DNA of 38,579 nucleotides from a virus (Duplodnaviria; Heunggongvirae; Uroviricota; Caudoviricetes): IMG/VR virus record IMGVR_UViG_2563367002_000001; one strand, 5' to 3'. Shown piece by piece: positions 11,973 to 21,125 of this stretch (position 1 is its first letter; each line of letters starts with the position of its first letter). The notes under the pieces were generated by a model. It saw only the letters and a program-made list of their open reading frames with translations, ran no database searches and was not told where the DNA came from. The position numbers and the translations under genes were made by a program.

Positions 11973-13055
11973 TTAGAACTGATAAACCAGACCTACAGCG
12001 ACGATGTCGTCGGTATCAATACCAGCTGTTTTGGTAAACTTACTATCGTCAATTAAGTTGATTTTGTAATCAACAAAAGTGGACATGTTTTTATTAAAGT
12101 AGTAAGTAGCACCGACATCGACATACTTGACTAAGTCTCGGTCACCATGAACACCAAGGTCTTTACCTTTTGACTGAAGGTAAGCAACAGATGGACGCAG
12201 ACCGAAGTCAAACTGATATTGTGCTACTGCTTCAAAGTTTTGTGCTTTGTTTGCAATATGGTTATTACCAAAAACGGTCATATTCTGAGTTTCAGAATAT
12301 GTGGTAGCCAGATAGATATTGTTCGCATCATATTTCAGGCCTGCAGCCCATACTTCCGCATTTTTGCCGGAGGCATTGAATTTGCTCTTACCATAGGCGA
12401 CCTGACCGTCAGTGCGATCTGATTTAGCATAGGTTGCACCCACGCCGAATCCTTCATACTCATAAGTAGTGGAGAAACCGAAACCATCACCATTGGCTTC
12501 AGTTACGTCAGTGCGGTCATTTTTACCCTGATACTGAGCAGCAAAGTTCAGGCCATCGACCAGACCAAAGAAGTCGTTGTTACGATAAGTTGCAACACCA
12601 GTAGTGCGACCAGTCATGAACACATCTGTTTGGGTCCAGGTATCACCACCGAATTCTGGCAGAACGTCAGTCCACGCACCGATGTCGTATGCTACACCGT
12701 AGTTACGGCCGTAATCGATTGAGCCGTAATCACCAAATTTCAGGCCTGCAAATGCAAGACGGGTTTTGTCTTTGGAAGAACCTTGAGATTCAGCACGGTT
12801 GCCTTTGAATTCATATTCCCACTGACCGAAACCAGTCAGTTGATCGTTGATTTGGGTTTCACCTTTGAAGCCAAGACGGGCATAAGTAGTATCACCATCA
12901 TCTGCATCATTAGAGGAGAAGTAGTGCTTGGCATTAACTTTCCCGTATAGATCCAGCTTGTTACTGTCTTTATTATAAATTTCAGCTGCCTGAGCAGACA
13001 TCGCCATCAGTACTGATGCAGCTACAGCAGAAATTGCCACTGTTAATTTTTTCAT
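11973..13055 (-). CDS. nmpC: Outer-membrane general porin (OmpC/OmpF family; NmpC/Lc-like phage-borne porin), about 360 aa
   Basis: Signal peptide [23 protein letters not shown] followed by [16 protein letters not shown]..., ending in the C-terminal aromatic residue (...GLVYQF). The track's upstream start at 13115 is unlikely; ATG 13055 gives a canonical signal peptide. Confidence 0.9.
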   Translation of the reverse strand: MKKLTVAISAVAASVLMAMSAQAAEIYNKDSNKLDLYGKVNAKHYFSSNDADDGDTTYARLGFKGETQINDQLTGFGQWEYEFKGNRAESQGSSKDKTRLAFAGLKFGDYGSIDYGRNYGVAYDIGAWTDVLPEFGGDTWTQTDVFMTGRTTGVATYRNNDFFGLVDGLNFAAQYQGKNDRTDVTEANGDGFGFSTTYEYEGFGVGATYAKSDRTDGQVAYGKSKFNASGKNAEVWAAGLKYDANNIYLATTYSETQNMTVFGNNHIANKAQNFEAVAQYQFDFGLRPSVAYLQSKGKDLGVHGDRDLVKYVDVGATYYFNKNMSTFVDYKINLIDDSKFTKTAGIDTDDIVAVGLVYQF

Positions 13056-13481
13056 TGTACGCCCTTTTTTTGAACTTTTATTAAAAAATGATGCCACTGC
13101 GCGATAAATATTCATCTAATCAATGTGATTATTTCAAGATGTAAGTTTTAGTTTCTCATTTAATTTGTGAAGTAGATCTCTATTTTTATCTGAACCTTTT
13201 CTATCTAATCCTATTCATGGCTCTTGTCTGAACAAAAATAAATCTATTAGCTAATTTATATTAATGGCACTTATTTATAAGTGCTCTATAATTCTTTAGC
13301 TTAATTTAAACAAACTAAAAATAACATCGGAAATTATTAACTGGTTATTTGTTGAAGTTTTCTTATGCATTTGTGGTGGTGTTTTGAACACTCGGTGGCA
13401 TTCTCACAAATATCATTTAGTAGTTTACGTACGTAAAAAATTGGTTATGCTGTTAAGAGTGGTTACTTCGTCACACAGCTT

Positions 13482-13516
13482 AAACCCGCCGTCGAGCGGG
13501 TTTTTCCATTTTTTGA
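13482..13516 (+). terminator. Rho-independent terminator upstream of the holin (candidate tR'-like late terminator)
   Basis: Hairpin AAACCCGC-cgtcga-GCGGGTTT followed by TTCCATTTTTT, about 130 nt upstream of the holin start. Confidence 0.55.
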
Positions 13517-13643
13517 GTCTCGATATTAGCTGATAACCCAATACCTGAGTTATTCACTGACTCCGAATCTGTTACGTTTCTGCCTTTATTGCGATACGTA
13601 GTATCCCCTTAATTTACACCCGCTTTGTCTGCGAGGTGGGGTT

Positions 13644-13859
13644 ATGAAATCCATGGATAAGTTAACAACGGGTGTCGCCTATGGTACCTCAGCAGGTAGT
13701 GCCGGGTACTGGTTTTTACAGTTGCTCGATAAAGTCACGCCCTCACAGTGGGCGGCAATAGGTGTGCTGGGTAGCCTGGTATTTGGCCTGCTGACGTACC
13801 TGACAAACCTTTATTTCAAGATTAAAGAAGATAAGCGCAAGGCTGCGAGAGGTGAATAA
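13644..13859 (+). CDS. essD: Class II pinholin (phage 21 S-like) with dual-start motif, 71 aa
   Basis: [26 protein letters not shown]... has two TM segments and a charged C-terminus. Met1 and Met4 give the antiholin/holin dual start. RBS GAGGTGGGG. Confidence 0.9.
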
Positions 13860-14356
13860 TGCCTCCATCATTACGAAAAGCCGTTGCTGCTGCTATTGGT
13901 GGCGGAGCAATTGCTATAGCATCAGTGTTAATCACTGGCCCAAGTGGTAACGATGGTCTGGAAGGTGTCAGCTACATACCATACAAAGATATTGTTGGTG
14001 TATGGACTGTATGTCACGGGCATACAGGAAAAGACATCATGCTCGGTAAAACGTATACCAAAGCAGAATGCAAAGCCCTCCTGAATAAAGACCTTGCCAC
14101 GGTCGCCAGACAAATTAACCCGTACATCAAAGTCGATATACCGGAAACAATGCGCGGCGCTCTTTACTCATTCGTTTACAACGTGGGTGCTGGCAATTTC
14201 AGAACATCGACGCTTCTTCGCAAAATAAACCAGGGCGATATCAAAGGCGCATGTGATCAGCTACGTCGCTGGACATATGCTGGCGGTAAGCAATGGAAAG
14301 GTCTCATGACTCGTCGTGAGATTGAGCGTGAAATCTGTTTGTGGGGTCAGCAATGA
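13859..14356 (+). CDS. rrrD: SAR endolysin (lysozyme, R21-like), 165 aa
   Basis: N-terminal Gly/Ala-rich signal-anchor-release segment ([20 protein letters not shown]) followed by a lysozyme-like domain. Start overlaps the holin stop (TAATG). Confidence 0.9.
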   Translation: MPPSLRKAVAAAIGGGAIAIASVLITGPSGNDGLEGVSYIPYKDIVGVWTVCHGHTGKDIMLGKTYTKAECKALLNKDLATVARQINPYIKVDIPETMRGALYSFVYNVGAGNFRTSTLLRKINQGDIKGACDQLRRWTYAGGKQWKGLMTRREIEREICLWGQQ

Positions 14357-14814
14357 ACAGAGTAACCGCGATTATCTCCGCTCTGGTTATCTGCATCATC
14401 GTCTGCCTGTCATGGGCTGTTAATCATTACCGTGATAACGCCATTACCTACAAAGCCCAGCGCGACAAAAATGCCAGAGAACTGACGCTGGCGAACGCGG
14501 CAATTACTGACATACAGATGCGTCAGCGTGATGTTGCTGCGCTCGATGCAAAATACACGAAGGAGTTAGCTGATGCGAAAGCTGAAAATGATGCTCTGCG
14601 TGATGATGTTGCCGCTGGTCGTCGTCGGTTGCACATCAAAGCAGTCTGTCAGTCAGTGCGTGAAGCCACCACCGCCTCCGGCGTGGATAATGCAGCCTCC
14701 CCCCGACTGGCAGACACCGCTGAACGGGATTATTTCACCCTCAGAGAGAGGCTGATCACTATGCAAAAACAACTGGAAGGAACCCAGAAGTATATTAATG
14801 AGCAGTGCAGATAG
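14353..14814 (+). CDS. rzpD: Rz i-spanin, 153 aa
   Basis: N-terminal TM segment followed by a coiled-coil periplasmic domain. ATGA overlap with the endolysin stop. Confidence 0.85.
   Translation: MNRVTAIISALVICIIVCLSWAVNHYRDNAITYKAQRDKNARELTLANAAITDIQMRQRDVAALDAKYTKELADAKAENDALRDDVAAGRRRLHIKAVCQSVREATTASGVDNAASPRLADTAERDYFTLRERLITMQKQLEGTQKYINEQCR
14573..14755 (+). CDS. rzoD: Rz1 o-spanin lipoprotein, nested in Rz in the +1 frame, 60 aa
   Basis: Lipobox LVVVGC and a proline-rich mature region ([15 protein letters not shown]). Fully embedded within Rz. Confidence 0.8.
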   Translation: MRKLKMMLCVMMLPLVVVGCTSKQSVSQCVKPPPPPAWIMQPPPDWQTPLNGIISPSERG

Positions 14815-14845
14815 AGCTGCCCATATCGATGGGCAACTCATGCAA

Positions 14846-15139
14846 TTATTGTGAGCAATACACACGCGCTTCCAGCGGAGTATAAATGCCTAAAGTAATA
14901 AAACCGAGCAATCCATTTACGAATGTTTGCTGGGTTTCTGTTTTAACAACATTTTCTGCACCACCACAAATTTTTGCTGCATCGACAGTTTTCTTCTGCC
15001 CAATTCCCGAAACGAAGAAATGATGGGTGATGGTTTCCTTTGGTGTTACTGCTGTAGGTTTGTTTCCAACAGTAAACGTCTGTTGAGCACATCCTGTAAT
15101 AAGCATTGCCAGAGCGGCAGAAAACAACATTTTTTTCAT
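14846..15139 (-). CDS. bor: Bor lipoprotein (serum-resistance / lysogenic-conversion protein), 97 aa
   Basis: MKKMLFSAALAMLITGCAQQTFTV... matches lambda Bor as recalled. Lipobox ITGC. The track's longer ORF start at 15187 is not preferred. Confidence 0.9.
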   Translation of the reverse strand: MKKMLFSAALAMLITGCAQQTFTVGNKPTAVTPKETITHHFFVSGIGQKKTVDAAKICGGAENVVKTETQQTFVNGLLGFITLGIYTPLEARVYCSQ

Positions 15140-15619
15140 CTTATTATCCTGCATTGTTAAAAACGGCAGAATCCTATGTGACAACAATTAAACGATAGTT
15201 AAATGGATTGATGAAAATTAAAACTACACAGGTGGGCTCAGACTATTGGAGGAAGTTGGGGACACTCAGAATCCTGTGGAATGAAATAAACCGGTCTATC
15301 CGTCCATTACCCTTTTAGCTGCGCTGTATCGTCGCCGTATTCCCGCATTAACCATGACCGTAGCCCGACGGGGAATTCCTTCTGCGTGAGTGTGCGGGAA
15401 TAATTAAAAACGATGCACACCGGGTTTTTACCGCGTTAATGATTCGCGGGTTTATCCCGGTGCGATGGTGGAAGAAACAGGAAGCTGTATTACAGAAAGT
15501 GCTACTACTGTATCCCGATGCGATGTATGTAATGTGAGTCAGATAATGGCACAGGATGTGGTGATGTGGCAGTCTGGAACACAGGATATATTGTCAGAAT
15601 AAGACCCGTAGGAATAAAA

Positions 15620-15946
15620 ATGAAAAGACGCCTTTTACTACTTTTTCTGTTATCTGTCCTGGCAGTGGGATGCTCGCAGCAAAAAGCTGATGAGCCCCGG
15701 CAATTAGTGACGGTGTATCCACGATATCCGGAATATGCTGCAGCAAATTATATCAAGGGGCTGGTTGAGGTTAAGTTCGATATTGGTGCTGATGGGACTG
15801 TGACACGGATCGTTTTTCTCCGCTCAGAGCCTCATAATTTGTTTCGTGATGAAGTGGTGAAGGCCATGGCGAAATGGCGATTTGAAAAGAATCGCCCCTG
15901 TCAGGGAGTGAAGAGACAATTTATCTTTACGCCGTCACGTCCTTGA
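15620..15946 (+). CDS. Putative lipoprotein with possible TonB C-terminal-like domain, about 108 aa
   Basis: Signal peptide with lipobox (MKRRLLLLFLLSVLAVGCS). The mature region YPRYPEYAAANYIKGLVEVKFDIGADGTVT resembles a TonB C-terminal fold, from memory. The track start at 15566 is upstream of the signal peptide. Confidence 0.55.
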   Translation: MKRRLLLLFLLSVLAVGCSQQKADEPRQLVTVYPRYPEYAAANYIKGLVEVKFDIGADGTVTRIVFLRSEPHNLFRDEVVKAMAKWRFEKNRPCQGVKRQFIFTPSRP

Positions 15947-16068
15947 TGCTTCCAGGTAGAGAGGGGCTGGAAGCAGGAGAAAAATGAAAGAGCCAGCGGT
16001 TATATTTTTGTCATGGCTGACGAGGAATGATGGAAGAAGGCGTTGTATGCCACACAACGCCTCACTGT

Positions 16069-16248
16069 TCATTTCTTCTTTTTCTCTGGTGGAACCCGAT
16101 GAATAAGAGTTGCACTGGTTTCCGATGAGATGGCGATATACTCGGGCAAAGTATGCTGGCAGTTTTCCAACTGGTCAAAAATACCTGCTCTCGTCTGTTG
16201 CAATGCCTGCAGCATGCGGCGGCAATGCGCCTTGCTTTTACTAACCAT
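16069..16248 (-). CDS. Small hypothetical protein, 59 aa, with poly-Lys C-terminus
   Basis: ATG at 16248 preceded by a strong RBS AGGAAGGA. The longer track ORF (to 16422) overlaps the upstream gene and is less likely. Confidence 0.35.
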   Translation of the reverse strand: MVSKSKAHCRRMLQALQQTRAGIFDQLENCQHTLPEYIAISSETSATLIHRVPPEKKKK

Positions 16249-16309
16249 CTTTCCTTCCTCTATCAGTCGCTGCGTGAACTCATCATGGAATACCAGGTAA
16301 ATGCGGATG

Positions 16310-16561
16310 TTATCGGTTTTGGCTACGCAGCATAGTACAAAACGGACAGGTGCATCCCGGGACGGGGGAGGCGTCACATGTCCCTGTGATGGTTGTTCCG
16401 GGTAATGTACTGTGTGGGGCATAAAAATGTCCGATAATTTTACTTTCTACCGCAGTTAGTTGATTCGTTGGTCCTGGTAGCACATTGGGCGAGGATTTAA
16501 ATGCCAGGCAACTGAAGGATGATGTCGCAAGGGAGATAGCGAGAATATTTCTGATTTTCAT
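16310..16561 (-). CDS. Small secreted Cys-rich hypothetical protein, 83 aa
   Basis: ATG at 16561 with GAGG upstream. Predicted signal peptide MKIRNILAISLATSSFSCLA. Six Cys in the C-terminal 25 residues (CDASPVPGCTCPFC). Confidence 0.4.
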   Translation of the reverse strand: MKIRNILAISLATSSFSCLAFKSSPNVLPGPTNQLTAVESKIIGHFYAPHSTLPGTTITGTCDASPVPGCTCPFCTMLRSQNR

Positions 16562-16709
16562 TTGATGATGCCTCTGTGTGAAATGACGGTAAACGACGCA
16601 CTTGTGCCGGCACATAATAGCAAGCACCATAATAGATCAGATTCGATTCTTGCTGTAAGTGATAATTATTCTCGTTTTCGGGTCCTTTCCGTCGATCCAA
16701 CAGGTTACG

Positions 16710-16721
16710 GGGCGGCGACCT
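16710..16721 (+). other. cos: cosN cohesive-end site (12-nt lambda-type overhang GGGCGGCGACCT), with cosB expected between here and Nu1
   Basis: CAGGTTACG|GGGCGGCGACCTCGCGG(T)TTTTC(A)CTATTTATGAAAATTTT matches the joined lambda right and left ends, recalled from memory. It lies 177-188 nt upstream of Nu1. Confidence 0.85.
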
Positions 16722-16897
16722 CGCGGTTTTTCACTATTTATGAAAATTTTTCAGGGAAAATCGTGTCGGTACTTCTCGAATATAACTTTTTGTTTTTTTT
16801 AATATTGCATCCGTAAAGGTCCGACATGAAAGTGTCCGAAAATGCCTTTTTCTGGCGTTTTCATGTCGGGCCTTGTATTTGATAATGGGTTGTTTTC

Positions 16898-17446
16898 ATG
16901 AAGGTTAATAAAAAGAGGCTTGCCGAAATTTTCAACGTGGACCCGCGGACGATTGAACGCTGGCAGTCTCAGGGACTCCCTTGCGCCTCCAAAGGTAGTA
17001 AGGGCATTGAATCTGTATTTGATACTGCCATGGCAATTCAGTGGTATGCGCAGAGGGAAACTGATATCGAAAACGAAAAGCTCCGCAAAGAACTGGACGA
17101 TTTGCGTGCGGCAGCGGAGTCAGATTTACAACCCGGCACCATTGACTATGAACGCTACCGGCTCACAAAAGCGCAGGCAGATGCGCAGGAACTGAAAAAT
17201 GCCCGTGAAGACGGAGTAGTGCTGGAAACTGAACTGTTTACCTTCATTCTGCAACGTGTGGCACAGGAGATTTCGGGGATACTTGTGCGTGTGCCGTTGA
17301 CATTACAGCGTAAATATCCGGACATTTCACCATCACACCTTGATGTGGTGAAAACTGAAATCGCGAAAGCCTCCAATGTTGCAGCTAAGGCCGGTGAAAA
17401 CGTGGGCGGGTGGATCGATGATTTCAGACGCGCAGAAGGCAGCTAA
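16898..17446 (+). CDS. nu1: Terminase small subunit Nu1, 182 aa
   Basis: [28 protein letters not shown]... with winged-HTH N-terminus, homologous to lambda Nu1. First gene after cos. Confidence 0.95.
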
Positions 17447-19346
17447 TGCAGCCGGTGCGATAGCTACAGGGCTTTTATCTCTCATTATTCCTGTTCCACT
17501 GACGACAGTTCAGTGGGCCAATAAACATTATTACCTTCCTAAAGAGTCGTCTTATACCCCGGGGCGATGGGAAACACTGCCGTTTCAGGTTGGCATCATG
17601 AACTGTATGGGCAACGATCTGATTCGCACGGTTAACCTGATTAAATCTGCCCGTGTTGGTTATACAAAGATGTTGCTGGGAGTGGAGGCTTATTTTATTG
17701 AGCATAAATCACGCAACAGCCTTCTTTTTCAGCCCACGGACTCAGCTGCTGAAGATTTTATGAAATCTCATGTTGAGCCAACGATAAGGGATGTTCCTGC
17801 ATTGCTGGAGCTGGCTCCATGGTTCGGAAGAAAACACCGCGATAATACGCTCACCCTGAAGCGTTTTTCCTCCGGTGTGGGGTTCTGGTGTCTGGGTGGT
17901 GCGGCAGCAAAAAACTACCGTGAAAAATCCGTGGATGTGGTCTGTTATGACGAGCTTTCCTCGTTCGAACCGGATGTTGAAAAAGAGGGTTCGCCAACCC
18001 TGCTGGGGGATAAACGTATTGAGGGCTCTGTATGGCCAAAATCCATTCGCGGCTCGACGCCTAAAATCAAAGGCTCCTGCCAGATCGAAAAAGCCGCTAA
18101 CGAGTCGGCACACTTCATGCGTTTTTATGTGCCCTGTCCGCACTGTGGGGAGGAGCAGTATCTGAAATTTGGCGATGATGCCTCGCCTTTCGGTCTTAAG
18201 TGGGAGAAGAATAAGCCAGAAAGTGTTTTCTACCTTTGTGAGCATCATGGCTGTGTGATCCATCAGTCTGAGCTTGACCAGAGTAACGGGCGGTGGATCT
18301 GTGAAAACACGGGCATGTGGACCCGTGACGGCCTGATGTTTTTCAGCGCCCGGGGTGATGAAATTCCGCCGCCGCGCTCCATCACTTTCCATATCTGGAC
18401 GGCGTACAGTCCGTTCACCACCTGGGTACAGATTGTCTATGACTGGCTGGATGCACTGAAAGATCCCAACGGCCTGAAAACCTTTGTGAACACCACGCTG
18501 GGCGAGACCTGGGAAGAGGCTGTGGGCGAAAAACTCGATCACCAGGTGCTGATGGATAAGGTTGTGCGTTACACGGCGGCGGTGCCTGCCCGGGTGGTTT
18601 ATCTGACGGCGGGCATTGACTCGCAGCGAAACCGTTTTGAGATGTATGTCTGGGGATGGGCTCCGGGAGAGGAAGCCTTTCTGGTGGATAAAATCATCAT
18701 TATGGGGCGTCCCGATGAGGAAGAGACGCTGTTACGTGTGGATGCGGCGATCAACAAAAAATACCGCCATGCAGACGGAACCGAAATGACCATTTCCCGT
18801 GTCTGCTGGGACATCGGGGGGATCGATGGCGAAATCGTTTATCAGAGGTCAAAAAAACACGGTGTTTTCCGGGTGCTGCCGGTAAAAGGCGCGTCTGTCT
18901 ATGGCAAGCCGGTGATCACCATGCCGAAAACCCGCAATCAGCGGGGCGTTTATCTGTGTGAAGTGGGGACGGACACCGCAAAAGAAATTCTCTATGCCCG
19001 TATGAAAGCCGAGCCCACGCCTGCGGATGAAGCCACGTCGTATGCCATCCGTTTTCCTGATGATCCGGAGATTTTTTCGCAGACAGAGGCGCAGCAACTG
19101 GTCGCGGAAGAGCTTGTGGAGAAGTGGGAAAAAGGAAAGATGCGTCTGCTGTGGGATAACAAAAAGCGGCGTAACGAAGCGCTGGACTGCCTGGTGTATG
19201 CCTACGCGGCATTACGTGTGTCCGTGCAACGCTGGCAGCTTGATCTGGCTGTACTGGCAAAATCCCGGGAAGAAGAGACGACCCGGCCAACCCTTAAAGA
19301 ACTGGCAGCGAAGCTGTCCGGAGGAGTGAATGGTTACAGTCGCTGA
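17418..19346 (+). CDS. A: Terminase large subunit A (ATPase/endonuclease), 642 aa
   Basis: Extensive identity to lambda gpA (YYLPKES...GRWETLPFQ...[18 protein letters not shown]...). ATG 17418 overlaps the Nu1 end as in lambda; the track's upstream start at 17376 is not preferred. Confidence 0.95.
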
Positions 19347-19536
19347 ACTGCAGGCGCTGCGTCAGGCGCGCCTTGATTTATTAACCGGTAAACGGGTGGT
19401 GTCTGTCCAGAAAGATGGTCGCAGAATTGAATATACGGCGGCTTCTCTGGATGAGCTTAACCGGGCGATCAATGATGCGGAGTCGGTACTGGGGACAACC
19501 CGGTGTCGCCGTCGTCCGCTGGGAGTGAGGTTATGA
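19330..19536 (+). CDS. W: Head-tail joining protein W, 68 aa
   Basis: LTGKRVVSVQKDGRRIEYTAASL matches lambda gpW. Overlaps the end of A. Confidence 0.9.
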   Translation: MVTVAELQALRQARLDLLTGKRVVSVQKDGRRIEYTAASLDELNRAINDAESVLGTTRCRRRPLGVRL

Positions 19537-21125
19537 AACGAACGCCTGTCCTGATTGATGTGAACGGCGTTCCGCTTCGTGAGAGTCTCAGCTACAACGG
19601 GGGCGGTGCAGGATTTGGCGGGCAAATGGCTGAGTGGTTGCCACCGGCGCAGAGTGCCGATGCGGCCCTGCTGCCCGCGTTGCGTCTGGGGAATGCCCGG
19701 GCAGATGATCTGGTGCGCAATAACGGAATAGCGGCTAATGCGGTGGCTCTGCATAAGGATCACATTGTCGGGCATATGTTTCTGATCAGCTACCGTCCGA
19801 ACTGGCGCTGGCTGGGGATGCGGGAGACCGCAGCAAAAAGCTTTGTCGATGAGGTGGAGGCGGCCTGGTCGGAATACGCCGAAGGGATGTTTGGCGAGAT
19901 CGACGTGGAAGGAAAACGCACGTTCACGGAATTTATCCGTGAAGGTGTGGGCGTTCATGCGTTTAACGGCGAAATCTTTGTGCAGCCGGTCTGGGATACG
20001 GAAACCACGCAGTTATTCCGTACGCGTTTTAAAGCCGTGAGTCCGAAACGGGTGGACACGCCAGGACACGGTATGGGGAACCGTTTTCTGCGGGCCGGTG
20101 TGGAGGTCGATCGATATGGTCGTGCCGTTGCGTACCATATCTGTGAGGATGATTTTCCGTTCTCTGGTAGTGGACGATGGGAACGGATCCCGCGTGAACT
20201 TCCCACCGGGCGTCCGGCCATGCTGCATATTTTCGAGCCGGTGGAGGACGGGCAGACCCGTGGGGCTAATCAGTTTTACAGCGTCATGGAACGGCTGAAG
20301 ATGCTCGATTCCCTGCAGGCAACACAGCTTCAGTCGGCCATAGTGAAGGCGATGTATGCAGCGACGATTGAAAGTGAACTTGATACCGAAAAGGCCTTTG
20401 AATATATCGCCGGCGCGCCACAGGAGCAGAAGGATAATCCGCTTATTAATATTCTGGAGAAGTTCTCCAGCTGGTATGACACGAATAACGTGACACTGGG
20501 CGGTGTCAAAATTCCGCACCTTTTCCCTGGTGATGATCTGAAACTACAGACAGCGCAGGATTCAGACAATGGATTTTCTGCGCTTGAACAGGCGCTGCTG
20601 CGGTATATCGCCGCCGGTCTTGGCGTTTCCTACGAACAGTTGTCCCGTGATTACTCGAAGGTCAGTTACTCAAGTGCCCGCGCCTCCGCCAATGAGTCGT
20701 GGCGCTATTTTATGGGGCGGCGAAAATTTATTGCGTCCCGGCTGGCCACGCAGATGTTTTCCTGCTGGCTGGAAGAGGCACTTCTTCGGGGGATTATTCG
20801 TCCGCCACGGGCACGTTTTGATTTTTATCAGGCGCGATCAGCCTGGTCACGGGCTGAGTGGATTGGAGCCGGAAGAATGGCCATTGACGGGCTCAAGGAG
20901 GTTCAGGAATCAGTGATGCGCATTGAGGCCGGACTGAGCACGTATGAGAAAGAGCTGGCGCTGATGGGCGAGGATTATCAGGACATTTTCCGCCAGCAGG
21001 TCAGGGAATCTGCAGAGCGGGAAAAAGCCGGACTCTCACGTCCGGTGTGGATAGCGCAGGCGTATCAGCAGCAGATAGCGGAGAGTCGCAGGCCGGAAGA
21101 GGAGACAACACCACGTGAGACGTAA
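19533..21125 (+). CDS. B: Portal protein B, 530 aa
   Basis: MKRTPVLIDVNGVPLRESLSYNGGGAGFGGQMAEW... is lambda gpB-like. ATGA overlap with the W stop. Confidence 0.95.
   Translation: MKRTPVLIDVNGVPLRESLSYNGGGAGFGGQMAEWLPPAQSADAALLPALRLGNARADDLVRNNGIAANAVALHKDHIVGHMFLISYRPNWRWLGMRETAAKSFVDEVEAAWSEYAEGMFGEIDVEGKRTFTEFIREGVGVHAFNGEIFVQPVWDTETTQLFRTRFKAVSPKRVDTPGHGMGNRFLRAGVEVDRYGRAVAYHICEDDFPFSGSGRWERIPRELPTGRPAMLHIFEPVEDGQTRGANQFYSVMERLKMLDSLQATQLQSAIVKAMYAATIESELDTEKAFEYIAGAPQEQKDNPLINILEKFSSWYDTNNVTLGGVKIPHLFPGDDLKLQTAQDSDNGFSALEQALLRYIAAGLGVSYEQLSRDYSKVSYSSARASANESWRYFMGRRKFIASRLATQMFSCWLEEALLRGIIRPPRARFDFYQARSAWSRAEWIGAGRMAIDGLKEVQESVMRIEAGLSTYEKELALMGEDYQDIFRQQVRESAEREKAGLSRPVWIAQAYQQQIAESRRPEEETTPRET

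Noticed and set aside
13116-13643. Possible CRISPR array or tRNA in the AT-rich interval between porin and holin
   Set aside because: No regularly spaced direct repeats and no cloverleaf-compatible sequence; the interval is better explained as the porin promoter/5' region plus a late-operon terminator.
15566-15619. Upstream start at 15566 for the lipoprotein gene (MAVWNTGYIVRIRPVGIK...)
   Set aside because: It would put 18 residues in front of a canonical lipoprotein signal peptide; ATG 15620 gives a proper signal peptide with lipobox.
16562-16816. 84-aa plus-strand ORF
   Set aside because: Spans the cosN site (16710-16721) and the cosB region, which in lambda is non-coding.
17742-18542. 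266-aa ORF on the minus strand inside the terminase A gene
   Set aside because: Fully antisense to a strongly conserved gene, with no RBS or recognisable domain; typical of spurious open frames in GC-rich coding regions.
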